From Methanocorpusculaceae archaeon UBA425 (lineage in GTDB: Archaea; Halobacteriota; Methanomicrobia; Methanomicrobiales; Methanocorpusculaceae): a stretch of 64,000 nucleotides of DNA. Of the stretch, positions 48,248-58,082 are shown one piece after another. The position numbers and the translations under genes were made by a program. A model generated the notes under the pieces. It made no database searches, was not told the DNA's origin, and worked only from the letters and a program-made list of their open reading frames with translations. Numbering within the stretch: position 1 is the first letter of the stretch; each line of letters begins with the position of its first letter. The stretch is taken from positions 2,602-66,601 of the forward strand of contig DAWV01000017.1 of NCBI GenBank assembly GCA_002506085.1. Reading direction: 5' to 3'.

Positions 48248-49456
48248 ATGAATATTTGTGTAATTACCGGTCTGTATCCTACAGAACAATCTACATCAGG
48301 GGGTGTGTTTGTCCATGAACGTCTGATGCAGCTTCGAAAACAGGGTATCCCATATAAAATCTATGCAATTGAGAAAAGATATTCCCCGGGGGCTGCATTG
48401 ATATACCGGCTTGCAAAAAGGAAATCTTTTCAGGTATCGACGATCGTTTCCTGGGATCAGTCTGATACGATTATTCCGGTATTCTATTATGTGAACATTT
48501 TTGACATGATTCTGTCCCATCTGCATCCCCGGCTCTATCATGAAAAAATGCTGGAGTATCTGTCCGATAAGCTTGATGTCCGGGCGGACACCATAATTCA
48601 TGTTCACTGGGTATACCCTCAGGGATATTATGGAGTCAGGATTGCAAAGCACTATGGCGTTCCATGTGTTATTACAGCTCATGGGTCTGATATACACACA
48701 GATCCGCAGCAGAATCGGCTTATACGAAAAACCACTCTCGCCGCTCTTTCATCTGCAGACCGGGTGATTTTCGTGAGTCAGGCTCTGTTGAATTCTGCCA
48801 AAACATTAGGATATGAGGGAAATAATGCCATAGTAATCCCGAACGGCATAGATTCGGTATTTCTTTTACCAGTGAATCGAAAAACTGCTGTCAAAAAAAC
48901 AGGCTGGCAAAGATCACATAAGTATGTCGTTGGTTTTGTCGGGAATCTGGTCCCGGTAAAAAGAGCGGATGCGTTTCCAAAAATATTCCATTATATTCAT
49001 GAAACCATGAATGATGTGGAGTTTATTCTGGTCGGGAAAGGGATTCTGGAAAGCTCTATCAAAGAGCAGTGCGGGGATCTGCAGGTGACGTTTACGGGGA
49101 TGGTTCCGCACGATGATGTTTTGTATTGGATGAATTTATTTGATGTTCTGATTCTTCCGAGCAGAAATGAAGGATGGGGGTGTGTTATTTCTGAAGCATA
49201 TGCGTGTGGAATTCCGGTTGTGGGGAGTGATGCAGGGGGAATACCCGAGGCAATGGGCGGGCTCGGAGTTGTTGTGCCGGAAGGAGATGATTTTGAGAAG
49301 AGATTTGCCGGGGCTGTATGTGAGGTTCTGAACAAAAACCATGTTTCCGAAAAGCAGAACCTGATTGATACAGCGTCAAGGAATACATGGGAACAGTGTA
49401 TCATGAAGGAAATCGGGGTGTATAAATCCCTCCTTGACGGTAAAGAAAAATCCTGA
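48248..49456 (+). CDS. GT4 glycosyltransferase
   Basis: HVHWVYP.G, TAHGSD, IPNG, LPSRNEGWG...EA..CG.P. Confidence 0.88.
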   Translation: MNICVITGLYPTEQSTSGGVFVHERLMQLRKQGIPYKIYAIEKRYSPGAALIYRLAKRKSFQVSTIVSWDQSDTIIPVFYYVNIFDMILSHLHPRLYHEKMLEYLSDKLDVRADTIIHVHWVYPQGYYGVRIAKHYGVPCVITAHGSDIHTDPQQNRLIRKTTLAALSSADRVIFVSQALLNSAKTLGYEGNNAIVIPNGIDSVFLLPVNRKTAVKKTGWQRSHKYVVGFVGNLVPVKRADAFPKIFHYIHETMNDVEFILVGKGILESSIKEQCGDLQVTFTGMVPHDDVLYWMNLFDVLILPSRNEGWGCVISEAYACGIPVVGSDAGGIPEAMGGLGVVVPEGDDFEKRFAGAVCEVLNKNHVSEKQNLIDTASRNTWEQCIMKEIGVYKSLLDGKEKS

Positions 49457-49651
49457 AATCAGTATTCTGCCCGCCGCCTGCAGGCCCGGGATAGCAGAGT
49501 CATACAACTATTCCCGTCCCGGACGACAGCAGTCATTATGACAATTTTACGAATTTCTTCAGCACTTAAGACCACGACATATGGTTGATGGGAAGGACGT
49601 AAACGGCAACTAAATCTTTTCGTGTTAGTACAAATCAGCTGTGTGATTTCC

Positions 49652-49739
49652 GGATGTACTTCGGTTTCGTGTACGGGATTCTTTTTGATGGTCGTATCAT
49701 CACACGGAAACTCGGAAAATAAAAAAGAATCGTCTGGAT
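49652..49739 (+). repeat. Second intergenic repeat family, uninterrupted copy
   Basis: GGATGTACTTCGGTTTCGTGTACGGGATTCTTTTTG...CGTATC|ATCACACGGAAA...AAAGAATCG.CTGGAT; homologous to 53966-54121. Confidence 0.8.
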
Positions 49740-49822
49740 ATCTGCAAAAGACTCAGTGAACCTCTATAATGGTGAGGACTCTATCACAGAATTCGCGAGC
49801 GGGCAGCCTCCATGTAAAAAAA

Positions 49823-50623
49823 TCAGACTTTTTTATAATATGTCTTAAATTGCTGCCAGCCGGGATTCATTGTCCTCCGTCCCGGCGCATACTCCCAGGA
49901 ATATTTGATAGCGCCGCTCACGAACTTCTTTGCCTCGCAAACTGCGTCCCGCACAGGATAGCCGAGAGCGATATGGGCCGCGATTGCGGAAGCATAGCAG
50001 CACCCCGAGCCATGAACATTCGTAAACGGCGAGACCTCGCCTTCGACGAGCATCAGACCGTCTTTGTCGGCATAGACATCGGTCCCGAGACGGAAAAACG
50101 CATGACCCCCTTTAACGACTGCGGATTTTGCTCCATTATCGATGAACCAGAATGCCGCCTGCTCCATTGATTCGGCATCCGTTATTTTTATGCCGGAGAG
50201 GGCGGCCGCTTCCGGGAGGTTAGGGGTTACGACGGTTGTTATGGGGAGAAGGTCCGAGACGAGTTTTTCCTGACCCGCCTCATCGAGAAGCCGGTATTCT
50301 TTTGTCGCAAGAAGGACCGGGTCGACAACGAGATTTCGTCCTTTCGGCAGAGCCTGAACGACGGCATCCACCGTCTCTCCATTTTTCAGCATCCCTGTCT
50401 TATAGCAGCCGATTTCAAAATCCTCCTCGAGCGCGTCAATCTGCTCTTTGATAAAGAAGGCAGGTACACTTGCCGTGTCCACTACATGACTGGCATTTTG
50501 CGCGGTAAGCGCCGCAACGACGGTCATCCCCCAGACCCCGCAGGCGGTCATAGTTTTCAAATCGACCTGAAGACCTGCTCCGCCGGACGGGTCGGAACCG
50601 GCAATTGATGCGGCGAAAGCCAT
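49823..50623 (-). CDS. thiD: Hydroxymethylpyrimidine/phosphomethylpyrimidine kinase
   Basis: IAGSDPSGGAGLQ.D, KTGML, VVDPV, TPNLPEA, KGGH, HGSGC. Confidence 0.92.
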   Translation of the reverse strand: MAFAASIAGSDPSGGAGLQVDLKTMTACGVWGMTVVAALTAQNASHVVDTASVPAFFIKEQIDALEEDFEIGCYKTGMLKNGETVDAVVQALPKGRNLVVDPVLLATKEYRLLDEAGQEKLVSDLLPITTVVTPNLPEAAALSGIKITDAESMEQAAFWFIDNGAKSAVVKGGHAFFRLGTDVYADKDGLMLVEGEVSPFTNVHGSGCCYASAIAAHIALGYPVRDAVCEAKKFVSGAIKYSWEYAPGRRTMNPGWQQFKTYYKKV

Positions 50624-50735
50624 TTTCGTATGTATCGAACTCATAATTCCTATAATGGGATGACAACTCAAAAAATACTTCGCCACGCGGTATAATCCCG
50701 TATCTTTATAGTCTGTCCCTTCACATGTATTTTGT

Positions 50736-52052
50736 ATGGATGTGGAAGGCTTCGTTCGCCGGAGCATGACAAAGAACATACCTGAAGAAAAGATAGAGAA
50801 ACTTCTTCAGGAACGTATTCAGGAAATGAAAGATATCGATGACGGCTATGCTGAAGATTTTGCCAGAGCCGTAATCGAGGAAGTGAAAGTAACAAGCGGC
50901 CTTACGGGCGATTTGTTTGAATATGAGCACGCCGGCGTTACGATGGGCGAGTTCGGCGTGGGTTCGCGTGGTTCGGGGGACTTTTACGCCCACAGAAAAA
51001 TCGCCCGTGTTATCGGTAAGACCTCGGCGAAGGTCGGGGTCGACCAGATGGACGACGGCGGCGTGGTCCAGGCGAACGGTCAGTATATAATAACGACCGT
51101 GGACGGGATGCATTCCCGGTTATCAGATTTTCCGTATCTTGCGGGATTTCATGCGACTCGGGCAACGCTCCGTGATGTTTACGTGATGGGTGCACGGCCG
51201 GTCGCTCTGATTTCCGATGTGCACATCGCGGATGACGGCGATGTGGCGAAACTTTTCGATTACACGGCAGGAATTACGACGGTGGCGGATGCTTTGGGCG
51301 TTCCGCTGAATGCGGGTTCAACGCTTCGTATCGGCGGGGATATGGTTCTCGGCGACCGGATGACGGGATGTGTCGGCGTGGTCGGCGTTGCCAATCATAT
51401 TACCGCCCGCCGCTCATCGGTTCCGGGTGATGTGCTTCTGATGACGGAAGGCTCAGGTGGAGGGACGATTGCGACGACTGCTCTTTATTCGGGCAATGCC
51501 GATGTGGTCGAGGAGACGATTAATCTGCAGTTCCTGAAAGCCTGCGATGCTCTGATTAATTCTGAGGTGTTCCCGCATATTCATGCGATGACTGATATCA
51601 CGAACGGGGGTCTTCGCGGGGATGTGTTCGAGATTGCGGAAACGGCAGATTCCACGGTGGTTGTGGATGATGCGCCGCTCCGTGGTCTTATCGCCCCGAA
51701 GGTACTTGCCCTTCTGGACAAACTCGGTATCGATTATCTTGGTGTGAGTCTGGATGCTCTTCTGGTTATTGCGCCGCCGGAGTATGCGGATGAGATTATC
51801 CGGGTCGTCGCGACGGCAGGTGTGAGAATGGAGAGAATCGGGTGCGTCCGTGAAGGTCCGGGTGTGTCCCGCCTGGTGAAAAACGGGGTCGAAGGACCGT
51901 TCCAGCCGAAGTTCCGTGAAGCTCCCTATACGCCTCTTAAGAAAGTTGTTGACCGACCTGGTCGGGACTTTGATGAGATGAAGAGGGGTATCGATCGGGC
52001 GGCAGAGGCGGCACTCGCGAAGAAACAGCGGATGCTGAAGAAATTATTGTGA
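50736..52052 (+). CDS. Archaeal AIR synthase (PurM/HypE/ThiL-fold)-related protein
   Basis: DDGG, TVDGMHSRLS.FP, LRDVYVMGA.P, MTDITNGG. Function not assignable. Confidence 0.75.
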   Translation: MDVEGFVRRSMTKNIPEEKIEKLLQERIQEMKDIDDGYAEDFARAVIEEVKVTSGLTGDLFEYEHAGVTMGEFGVGSRGSGDFYAHRKIARVIGKTSAKVGVDQMDDGGVVQANGQYIITTVDGMHSRLSDFPYLAGFHATRATLRDVYVMGARPVALISDVHIADDGDVAKLFDYTAGITTVADALGVPLNAGSTLRIGGDMVLGDRMTGCVGVVGVANHITARRSSVPGDVLLMTEGSGGGTIATTALYSGNADVVEETINLQFLKACDALINSEVFPHIHAMTDITNGGLRGDVFEIAETADSTVVVDDAPLRGLIAPKVLALLDKLGIDYLGVSLDALLVIAPPEYADEIIRVVATAGVRMERIGCVREGPGVSRLVKNGVEGPFQPKFREAPYTPLKKVVDRPGRDFDEMKRGIDRAAEAALAKKQRMLKKLL

Positions 52053-52161
52053 GCCAGACCTCTTCCTTTTTTTAACAGATTAATGCTGAATCTATCCTGC
52101 GTGCCGAACAGAGAGCGGCGTGATATATATCCCCGCGTAAACCAATATATTTCCGCATTCA

Positions 52162-53568
52162 ATGACTGAGATTATCCATAATCCGCTTTACCAGAAACTC
52201 CTGCTGTTAGCTGTGGGTGTCGCCGTATTCATGGATGCTCTTGACGGTTCGGTTGTTAATATCTCTCTCCCGGTCATTGCCGCGGATTTTGGAACCGACG
52301 CAGGGACAGTTGCCTGGGTGAGTGTCTCCTATCTTCTGGTTATTGCGGGTCTCCTTCTTACATTTGGAAAACTCTCTGACTGCGGGTATGTCAGAATTAT
52401 TTTTATCGCAGGGTTTGTTGTATTCACTCTCGGGTCGGTCGTCTGCGGGTTATCACCAAACCTCACGGTCCTTATCGCCTCACGGGTTTTTCAGGGAGTA
52501 GGAGCTGCGATGATTGCTGCCTCGGCCCCGATGCTCTGTGTAAAATTCCTGCCTATGAATATGCTCGGCGTTTCCCTGGGTGTATTGACAGCGGCAAGTT
52601 CAATCGGATTTGCCGTGGGTCCTGCGATTGGCGGCGTTATTACCGCATTTCTCTCCTGGCACTGGATATTTTTCCTCAATATTCCGATCGGCATTTTCGC
52701 GGTGCTGTTTGCCGTAAAAATAATCCCGCGGTCTGTCTCAGTGGATAAATGTGCTTTCGATTTCGCCGGGGCATTCGCTTTATTCTGTATGATGGCATCT
52801 GGTGTTTTTGCGCTGGAACGTCTCCCTCACCTCGGGTTTTTGAGTCCGGTAATTATTTTTTCAGCTGGTATCTGTGTGGTCTCGCTGATTCTGTTTATCC
52901 GGTTCGAACTGAGAAGCAGGCATCCTATTCTGAATATCAGGGTGTTTGCAAAATGGCCGCTTACGTTGACGATTACGGCATTTTTAATTCTTCAGCTTAC
53001 GAATGCAGGGCTGGTTTATCTTCTTCCGTTCTATCTGTCGGCAGGTATGAATTTTGATGCAGCGGTTAGCGGTATTTTCCTCATTCTGCCTCCGGTTATT
53101 ACCGCAATTCTCAGCATTCCTTTCGGGAAATGGTCTGATAATACCGGGCGGCGCGGATTTGCTGTCGCGGCATGTGTTTTTCTCGCTCTGACGAATGGAG
53201 TTTATGCGCTGATTGTTCCGGAATGGGGAATTATTCCGCTGATTCTTTCTCTCGTTATGATGGGTCTTATCTGGGGTATTGGCGGCGGACCTGTTTCCAG
53301 CAGAATTGTTGAGCAGATGCCGGACGATGAGAGGGGGACCGGGTCTTCGCTGATGATTACCTGTATGTATTTTGGAGCCTGCGTAGGAACTGCTCTTTAT
53401 GCCTCGATATTCACGGTTCTGACGTCGGGTGCCGGGGGTATTCTCTCGTTTGCGGATCTGGATTATGCGGTGTTTATGTACGGGTTCCATATATCGAATG
53501 GAATTGGCGCAGTTCTCGCGATTATCGCGGTGATTCTTTCTGCAGTCGTTAAAGACCCGGCGAAATGA
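52162..53568 (+). CDS. 14-TM MFS transporter (DHA2/EmrB-QacA type)
   Basis: FMDALDGSVVNISLP, GKLSD..G, SRVFQGVG, GPAIGG, W.WIFFLNIPIG. Confidence 0.9.
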   Translation: MTEIIHNPLYQKLLLLAVGVAVFMDALDGSVVNISLPVIAADFGTDAGTVAWVSVSYLLVIAGLLLTFGKLSDCGYVRIIFIAGFVVFTLGSVVCGLSPNLTVLIASRVFQGVGAAMIAASAPMLCVKFLPMNMLGVSLGVLTAASSIGFAVGPAIGGVITAFLSWHWIFFLNIPIGIFAVLFAVKIIPRSVSVDKCAFDFAGAFALFCMMASGVFALERLPHLGFLSPVIIFSAGICVVSLILFIRFELRSRHPILNIRVFAKWPLTLTITAFLILQLTNAGLVYLLPFYLSAGMNFDAAVSGIFLILPPVITAILSIPFGKWSDNTGRRGFAVAACVFLALTNGVYALIVPEWGIIPLILSLVMMGLIWGIGGGPVSSRIVEQMPDDERGTGSSLMITCMYFGACVGTALYASIFTVLTSGAGGILSFADLDYAVFMYGFHISNGIGAVLAIIAVILSAVVKDPAK

Positions 53569-53571
53569 TGA

Positions 53572-53770
53572 TGCGGGTTGGATGCGGAACGCAGACGACC
53601 TCAGCGGAGCAAGTTTTCGAAGGAAACTTGTGACTGCGGACTGCTCAATAAGAGCGGTCTTAGCTGAGGCGGGGACCTTTAGGTCCCTCAGCCGAGCAAG
53701 GCTTTGCCTTGCGACTGCGGGTTGGCGACGAAGGCGACGGTCTTAGCCGAGCAAGTCGATAGACTTGCGA
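53572..53770 (+). repeat. Modular palindromic intergenic repeat, copy B (three modules)
   Basis: Modules 53572-53634, 53635-53715 and 53716-53770; starts 4 nt after the MFS stop; hairpins shared with copy A. Confidence 0.85.
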
Positions 53771-53965
53771 GTGGTGCGGGATGTCCCTCGCGGAGAGCCG
53801 GCGGGCGATTTACCGGGAGTGGCTGCTTTCGTTGATTCGGGAAGAGTTTGGGGAGGACGGGTTGAAGGAGTTTGGGATCGGGCGTTAGCCCGGGTAGACT
53901 AACGTGCGATTAGCGTTCCCCTTCCCCCGGGGAACAGAATTGGATTTGCCCAAGCGGGATTCTTT

Positions 53966-54121
53966 GGATGTACTTTGGTTTCGTGTACGGGATTCTTTTT
54001 GCTGACCGTATCCCCGCAAGGCATTTGCCTTGCTCGGCTGAGGTCGTCCGCGTTCCGCGTCCAACCCGCCATCACACGGAAATCACACAGAAACACGGAA
54101 AATCTAAAGAATCGGCTGGAT
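53966..54121 (+). repeat. Second repeat family copy carrying an inverted 58-bp palindromic module (54013-54070)
   Basis: Flanks match 49652-49739; the insert is the reverse complement of a copy-B-type module. Confidence 0.8.
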
Positions 54122-54403
54122 GGAGCCCATGTAGTTCCCTCCCCCGTCCCCCCCCCTTTGCGCGAGCACGGGGCGAAGCCTTCGCGTACATCCGCGGTCG
54201 TATTGCGCCCCCCCCTTCTCTCCCCTTGCGCAAGCCCCCCGGGGGGGGGTGATTCCGGAATGAACGTGGTGGTTATTGACCGGGCATGAATATTTTCTGG
54301 ATAGGTACTACGCTCACCTATTTAGGTAAGAACGAAAGCCGGGTCTCTATTTTTCATCTATCCGGTCAGTCCTTCGCGCCTTTACCCGAAACACCCGGCA
54401 TCC

Positions 54404-54432
54404 GGTTAACTATATAAAAACATCTCTTAACC
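54404..54432 (+). promoter_or_regulatory. grpE-dnaK-dnaJ promoter: TATA box bracketed by an inverted repeat
   Basis: GGTTAA (54404-54409), TATATAAA (54411-54418), TTAACC (54427-54432). Confidence 0.55.
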
Positions 54433-54509
54433 ATTATATGCTCAGATAAAAACAAATATATAGAACTGCAATACAACAAATATGTGCAACAAGCGAAACA
54501 GGAATTTAC

Positions 54510-55043
54510 ATGGACAAAAACACCGAGCAGGCTGACGTTCCCCAAAACGACGCCAAACCTGCAGAAAACCAGACACCGGATGAAAAAACCGTTCCTGAAA
54601 CCACTGTTGTTGACGAACTCACTAAAAAATACGACGAACTCAATGACAAACATCTTCGTCTCGCCGCCGAATTCGAAAATTACAAAAAGCGTGTCAAACG
54701 CGACCAGGACACCGCTGTCAAATACGCAACCGAAAAGTTTGCGCTCGACATGCTCGACATACTGGACAACTTCGAACGTGCACTAAAAAGTGACGACGAC
54801 AAACTTCGCGACGGACTGGAGCAGATTCATAAACTCTACCAGTCCATCCTCTCCAGAAACGGTATCGAAGTGATCAAAATCACCAAAGGAACGCAATTCG
54901 ACCCCAACATTCATGAAGCGATTGTCAGCATCAAAGCCGACGTCCCCGAAGGGGAAATCATCGACATTGCAGCTCCCGGATACACAATCCGCGACAAAGT
55001 ACTACGTCACGCAAAAGTCGCAGTGGCGCAGAAAAAAGAATAA
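54510..55043 (+). CDS. grpE: Nucleotide exchange factor GrpE
   Basis: [31 protein letters not shown]....KVLR.AKV.V. Confidence 0.95.
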   Translation: MDKNTEQADVPQNDAKPAENQTPDEKTVPETTVVDELTKKYDELNDKHLRLAAEFENYKKRVKRDQDTAVKYATEKFALDMLDILDNFERALKSDDDKLRDGLEQIHKLYQSILSRNGIEVIKITKGTQFDPNIHEAIVSIKADVPEGEIIDIAAPGYTIRDKVLRHAKVAVAQKKE

Positions 55044-55056
55044 AAAGGTAATAAAA

Positions 55057-56925
55057 ATGGCATCAAACAAAGTAATCGGCATTGACCTTGGAACCACCAA
55101 CTCCTGCCTTGCTATCATGGAAGGCGGAAGTCCGATCGTTATCGCAAACTCGGAAGGATTCAGAACAACCCCGTCTGTCGTCGGCTTCTCCAAAGACGGA
55201 GAGAGACTCATCGGAAACGTTGCAAAACGTCAGGCAATCACAAACCCGACCCGGACCATCAGCTCAATCAAACGGTTCATGGGAACCGACCACACCGTTG
55301 ACATCGACGGGAAAAAATACTCCCCGCAGGAAATCTCCGCAATGATTCTGCAGAAACTCAAAGTTGATGCAGAAGCATACCTCGGCGAAAAAGTAGACAA
55401 GGCAGTAATCACCGTCCCCGCATATTTCAACGATGCCCAGCGTCAGGCAACCAAAGATGCAGGCAAAATCGCAGGACTTGAGGTTCTTCGTATCATCAAC
55501 GAGCCCACCGCCTCTGCCCTCGCCTACGGACTTGAAAAGGAAAAGGAACTCACCGTCCTTGTCTACGACCTCGGCGGCGGAACATTCGATGTCTCCATCC
55601 TGACCCTTGACGACGGACTCTTCGAAGTCAAATCAACCGCAGGAAACAACCGTCTCGGCGGAGATGACTTCGATGCACGTGTCGTCGACTTCCTTGCCGA
55701 CGAATTCAAGAAGAAAGAAGGTGTCGACCTGAGAAAGGACCCGGTTGCACACCAGCGGCTGAAGGATGCTGCAGAGAAGGCAAAAATCGAGCTTTCCTCA
55801 CTTCAAAAGGCAAACATCAACCTCCCCTATATTACTGCGACCGCAGACGGACCCAAACACCTGGATTTCGACCTGACCCGTTCGAAATTCGAGCAGCTCA
55901 TCGACGACCTTGTCCAGAAGACCGTCGACCCGGTCAAGCAGGCATTAAAGGATGCAGGACTCACCGCGGCAGATATCAACCATGTCCTCTTAGTCGGCGG
56001 TTCGACCCGTGTACCGGTGGTAATCGATACCGTGAGAAACCTCCTCGGCAAAGAGCCGGACAAGAACCTGAACCCTGACGAGTGCGTCGCTCTCGGAGCA
56101 GCTATTCAGGGAGCAGTCCTCACCGGTGAAACAAAGGATGTCGTCTTACTGGATGTCACCCCGCTGACACTCGGTATCGAGACCCTTGGCGGCATCGCCA
56201 CCAAACTCATTGAGAGGAATACCACCATCCCGACCAGAAAGAGCCAGATCTTCTCAACCGCCGCAGACAACCAGACCTCAGTCGAGATTCACGTTGTCCA
56301 GGGAGAACGCCAGTTCGCCCGTGATGATTTCAGCCTGGGTAAATTCCAGCTTACCGGCATCCCGTCGGCACCCCGCGGAATGCCCCAGATTGAAGTCACC
56401 TTTGATATCGATGCAAACGGAATCGTCCATGTCTCCGCAAAGGACCTTGGAACCGGTCATGAACAATCCATGACGATCTCCGGCAGAAAAGACCTCAAGG
56501 ACGACGAAATCGACAAGATGGTCAAAGACGCCAAGCAGTTCGAGGAAGAGGATAAGAAACGCCGTGAAGAGGTCGAACTCCGTAACAACGCAGACAATGC
56601 TGTTTACGCCGCAGAGAAACTCGTAAACGACAAAGAGACCACGGACAAAATCGACGCCGAAGACAAGGAAAAGATCAAGACCGGCGCCGGGGAACTGAAA
56701 GAAATCCTCGCAAAAGAGGATGCATCCTCCGAGGCTATCAAAGAGAAGATGGATTCCCTCCAGGAAGCGGTCTTTGCAGCCACTTCCAAGATGTATCAGA
56801 AGATTCAGGAAGAGCAGAAGGCAGCCGAAGCCGCAAAAGCCGGTTCCGGAACTGATGCCAAATCCGACTCATCCAAATCCGATGATAATGTAGTAGATGC
56901 AGACTACGAAGTGAAAAAGGACTAA
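55057..56925 (+). CDS. dnaK: Hsp70 chaperone
   Basis: [40 protein letters not shown]. Start moved to MASNK (55057). Confidence 0.98.
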   Translation: MASNKVIGIDLGTTNSCLAIMEGGSPIVIANSEGFRTTPSVVGFSKDGERLIGNVAKRQAITNPTRTISSIKRFMGTDHTVDIDGKKYSPQEISAMILQKLKVDAEAYLGEKVDKAVITVPAYFNDAQRQATKDAGKIAGLEVLRIINEPTASALAYGLEKEKELTVLVYDLGGGTFDVSILTLDDGLFEVKSTAGNNRLGGDDFDARVVDFLADEFKKKEGVDLRKDPVAHQRLKDAAEKAKIELSSLQKANINLPYITATADGPKHLDFDLTRSKFEQLIDDLVQKTVDPVKQALKDAGLTAADINHVLLVGGSTRVPVVIDTVRNLLGKEPDKNLNPDECVALGAAIQGAVLTGETKDVVLLDVTPLTLGIETLGGIATKLIERNTTIPTRKSQIFSTAADNQTSVEIHVVQGERQFARDDFSLGKFQLTGIPSAPRGMPQIEVTFDIDANGIVHVSAKDLGTGHEQSMTISGRKDLKDDEIDKMVKDAKQFEEEDKKRREEVELRNNADNAVYAAEKLVNDKETTDKIDAEDKEKIKTGAGELKEILAKEDASSEAIKEKMDSLQEAVFAATSKMYQKIQEEQKAAEAAKAGSGTDAKSDSSKSDDNVVDADYEVKKD

Positions 56926-56947
56926 ACTCCTTTTTGGGATGTAAGAA

Positions 56948-58078
56948 ATGGGTTCTGAATCGTACTATGATGTCTTAGGTATTCCCCGTAATGCTACAGA
57001 GACGGACATTAAAAAGGCTTACCGGAACCTCGCCAAGAAGTATCACCCCGATGTCTGCAAAGAGCCCGGGGCTGAGGAGAAGTTCAAGTCTATCAACGAG
57101 GCGTATAGTATTTTGTCGGATGAGACGAAACGCCGCCAGTATGATCAGCTTGGACATGATAACTTCACGAATGCGTCGAAGGGTAACTATTCCGGGTCAG
57201 GCGGCGCCGGATTCAATGCGGACTTCTCGGGATTCGGAGATATTTTCGATTTCTTCGGCGGAGGAGGGCGCAGACAGAGCGGCCCGCAGGAAGGCGACGA
57301 CCTCTTAATGCGTATCCAGATTACCCTTGAAGATGCGGTGTTCGGTGCGCAGAAAGAGATTGAGGTCATGCATACGGAAAGCTGCCCTGATTGTGAAGGG
57401 ACCGGCAGTTCTACGAAGAAGACGGTAAAATGCAGTAAATGTAATGGTACCGGTCAGATTAAGCAGGTGAAAAACTCTATCTTCGGTCAGATGGTGACCC
57501 AGAGTCCGTGTCCGGAGTGCGGAGGGCGGGGAAAGATTCCCGAGTCTCCGTGCCGGAAATGTAACGGGACCGGCAGGACGAAGATTCGCCGTAAGGTGAC
57601 GGTGAATGTGCCGCCGGGCATTGATTCCGGGATGCGCCTTCGGATGGAAGGATACGGCGAGGCGGGAGACTTTGGAGCGAAAAACGGTGACCTCTATATT
57701 GAGGTCTATGTTATTTCGAATCCGAAGTTCGACCGTGAAGATGATAATCTGATTACGCAGTATGAAATCTCGCCTGCCCAGGCGGTGCTCGGCTGCGAGG
57801 TGGAGATTGAGACAATCGACAGAAAGAAGGTTGCGCTGAAGATTCCGGCTGGAATTTCGTATGGGACACGCCTCCGTATTCCAGGCGAAGGAGTCCGCAG
57901 GCGCGGAAACTACGGGAATCTCCTGGTCAGAGTTGTTATCGCTACGCCTAAGAAAATATCCCCGGCTGAACGGGAGCTTTATGAGCAGCTTCTGAAGGCA
58001 GAGGGAAATCCGGTTCATTCCTCGTCATCGAAGAGTGATGAGAAAGACGGCAGAAAAAAACGCGGGATCTTTAAATAA
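56948..58078 (+). CDS. dnaJ: Hsp40 co-chaperone
   Basis: J domain with HPD, G/F region, four CxxCxGxG repeats. Confidence 0.97.
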   Translation: MGSESYYDVLGIPRNATETDIKKAYRNLAKKYHPDVCKEPGAEEKFKSINEAYSILSDETKRRQYDQLGHDNFTNASKGNYSGSGGAGFNADFSGFGDIFDFFGGGGRRQSGPQEGDDLLMRIQITLEDAVFGAQKEIEVMHTESCPDCEGTGSSTKKTVKCSKCNGTGQIKQVKNSIFGQMVTQSPCPECGGRGKIPESPCRKCNGTGRTKIRRKVTVNVPPGIDSGMRLRMEGYGEAGDFGAKNGDLYIEVYVISNPKFDREDDNLITQYEISPAQAVLGCEVEIETIDRKKVALKIPAGISYGTRLRIPGEGVRRRGNYGNLLVRVVIATPKKISPAERELYEQLLKAEGNPVHSSSSKSDEKDGRKKRGIFK

Positions 58079-58082
58079 GTGA

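Noticed and set aside
32930-49560. tRNA-anchored integrative element with att duplication
   Set aside because: No integrase; the only similarity to the tRNA 3' end (CCCGTCCCGGACG near 49512) is short and imperfect.
54360-54510. CIRCE element / HrcA control of dnaK
   Set aside because: No TTAGCACTC-N9-GAGTGCTAA and no hrcA in the window.
54913-55056. 48-aa N-terminal extension of DnaK in the ORF track
   Set aside because: It overlaps grpE; the conserved DnaK start is [14 protein letters not shown] at 55057.
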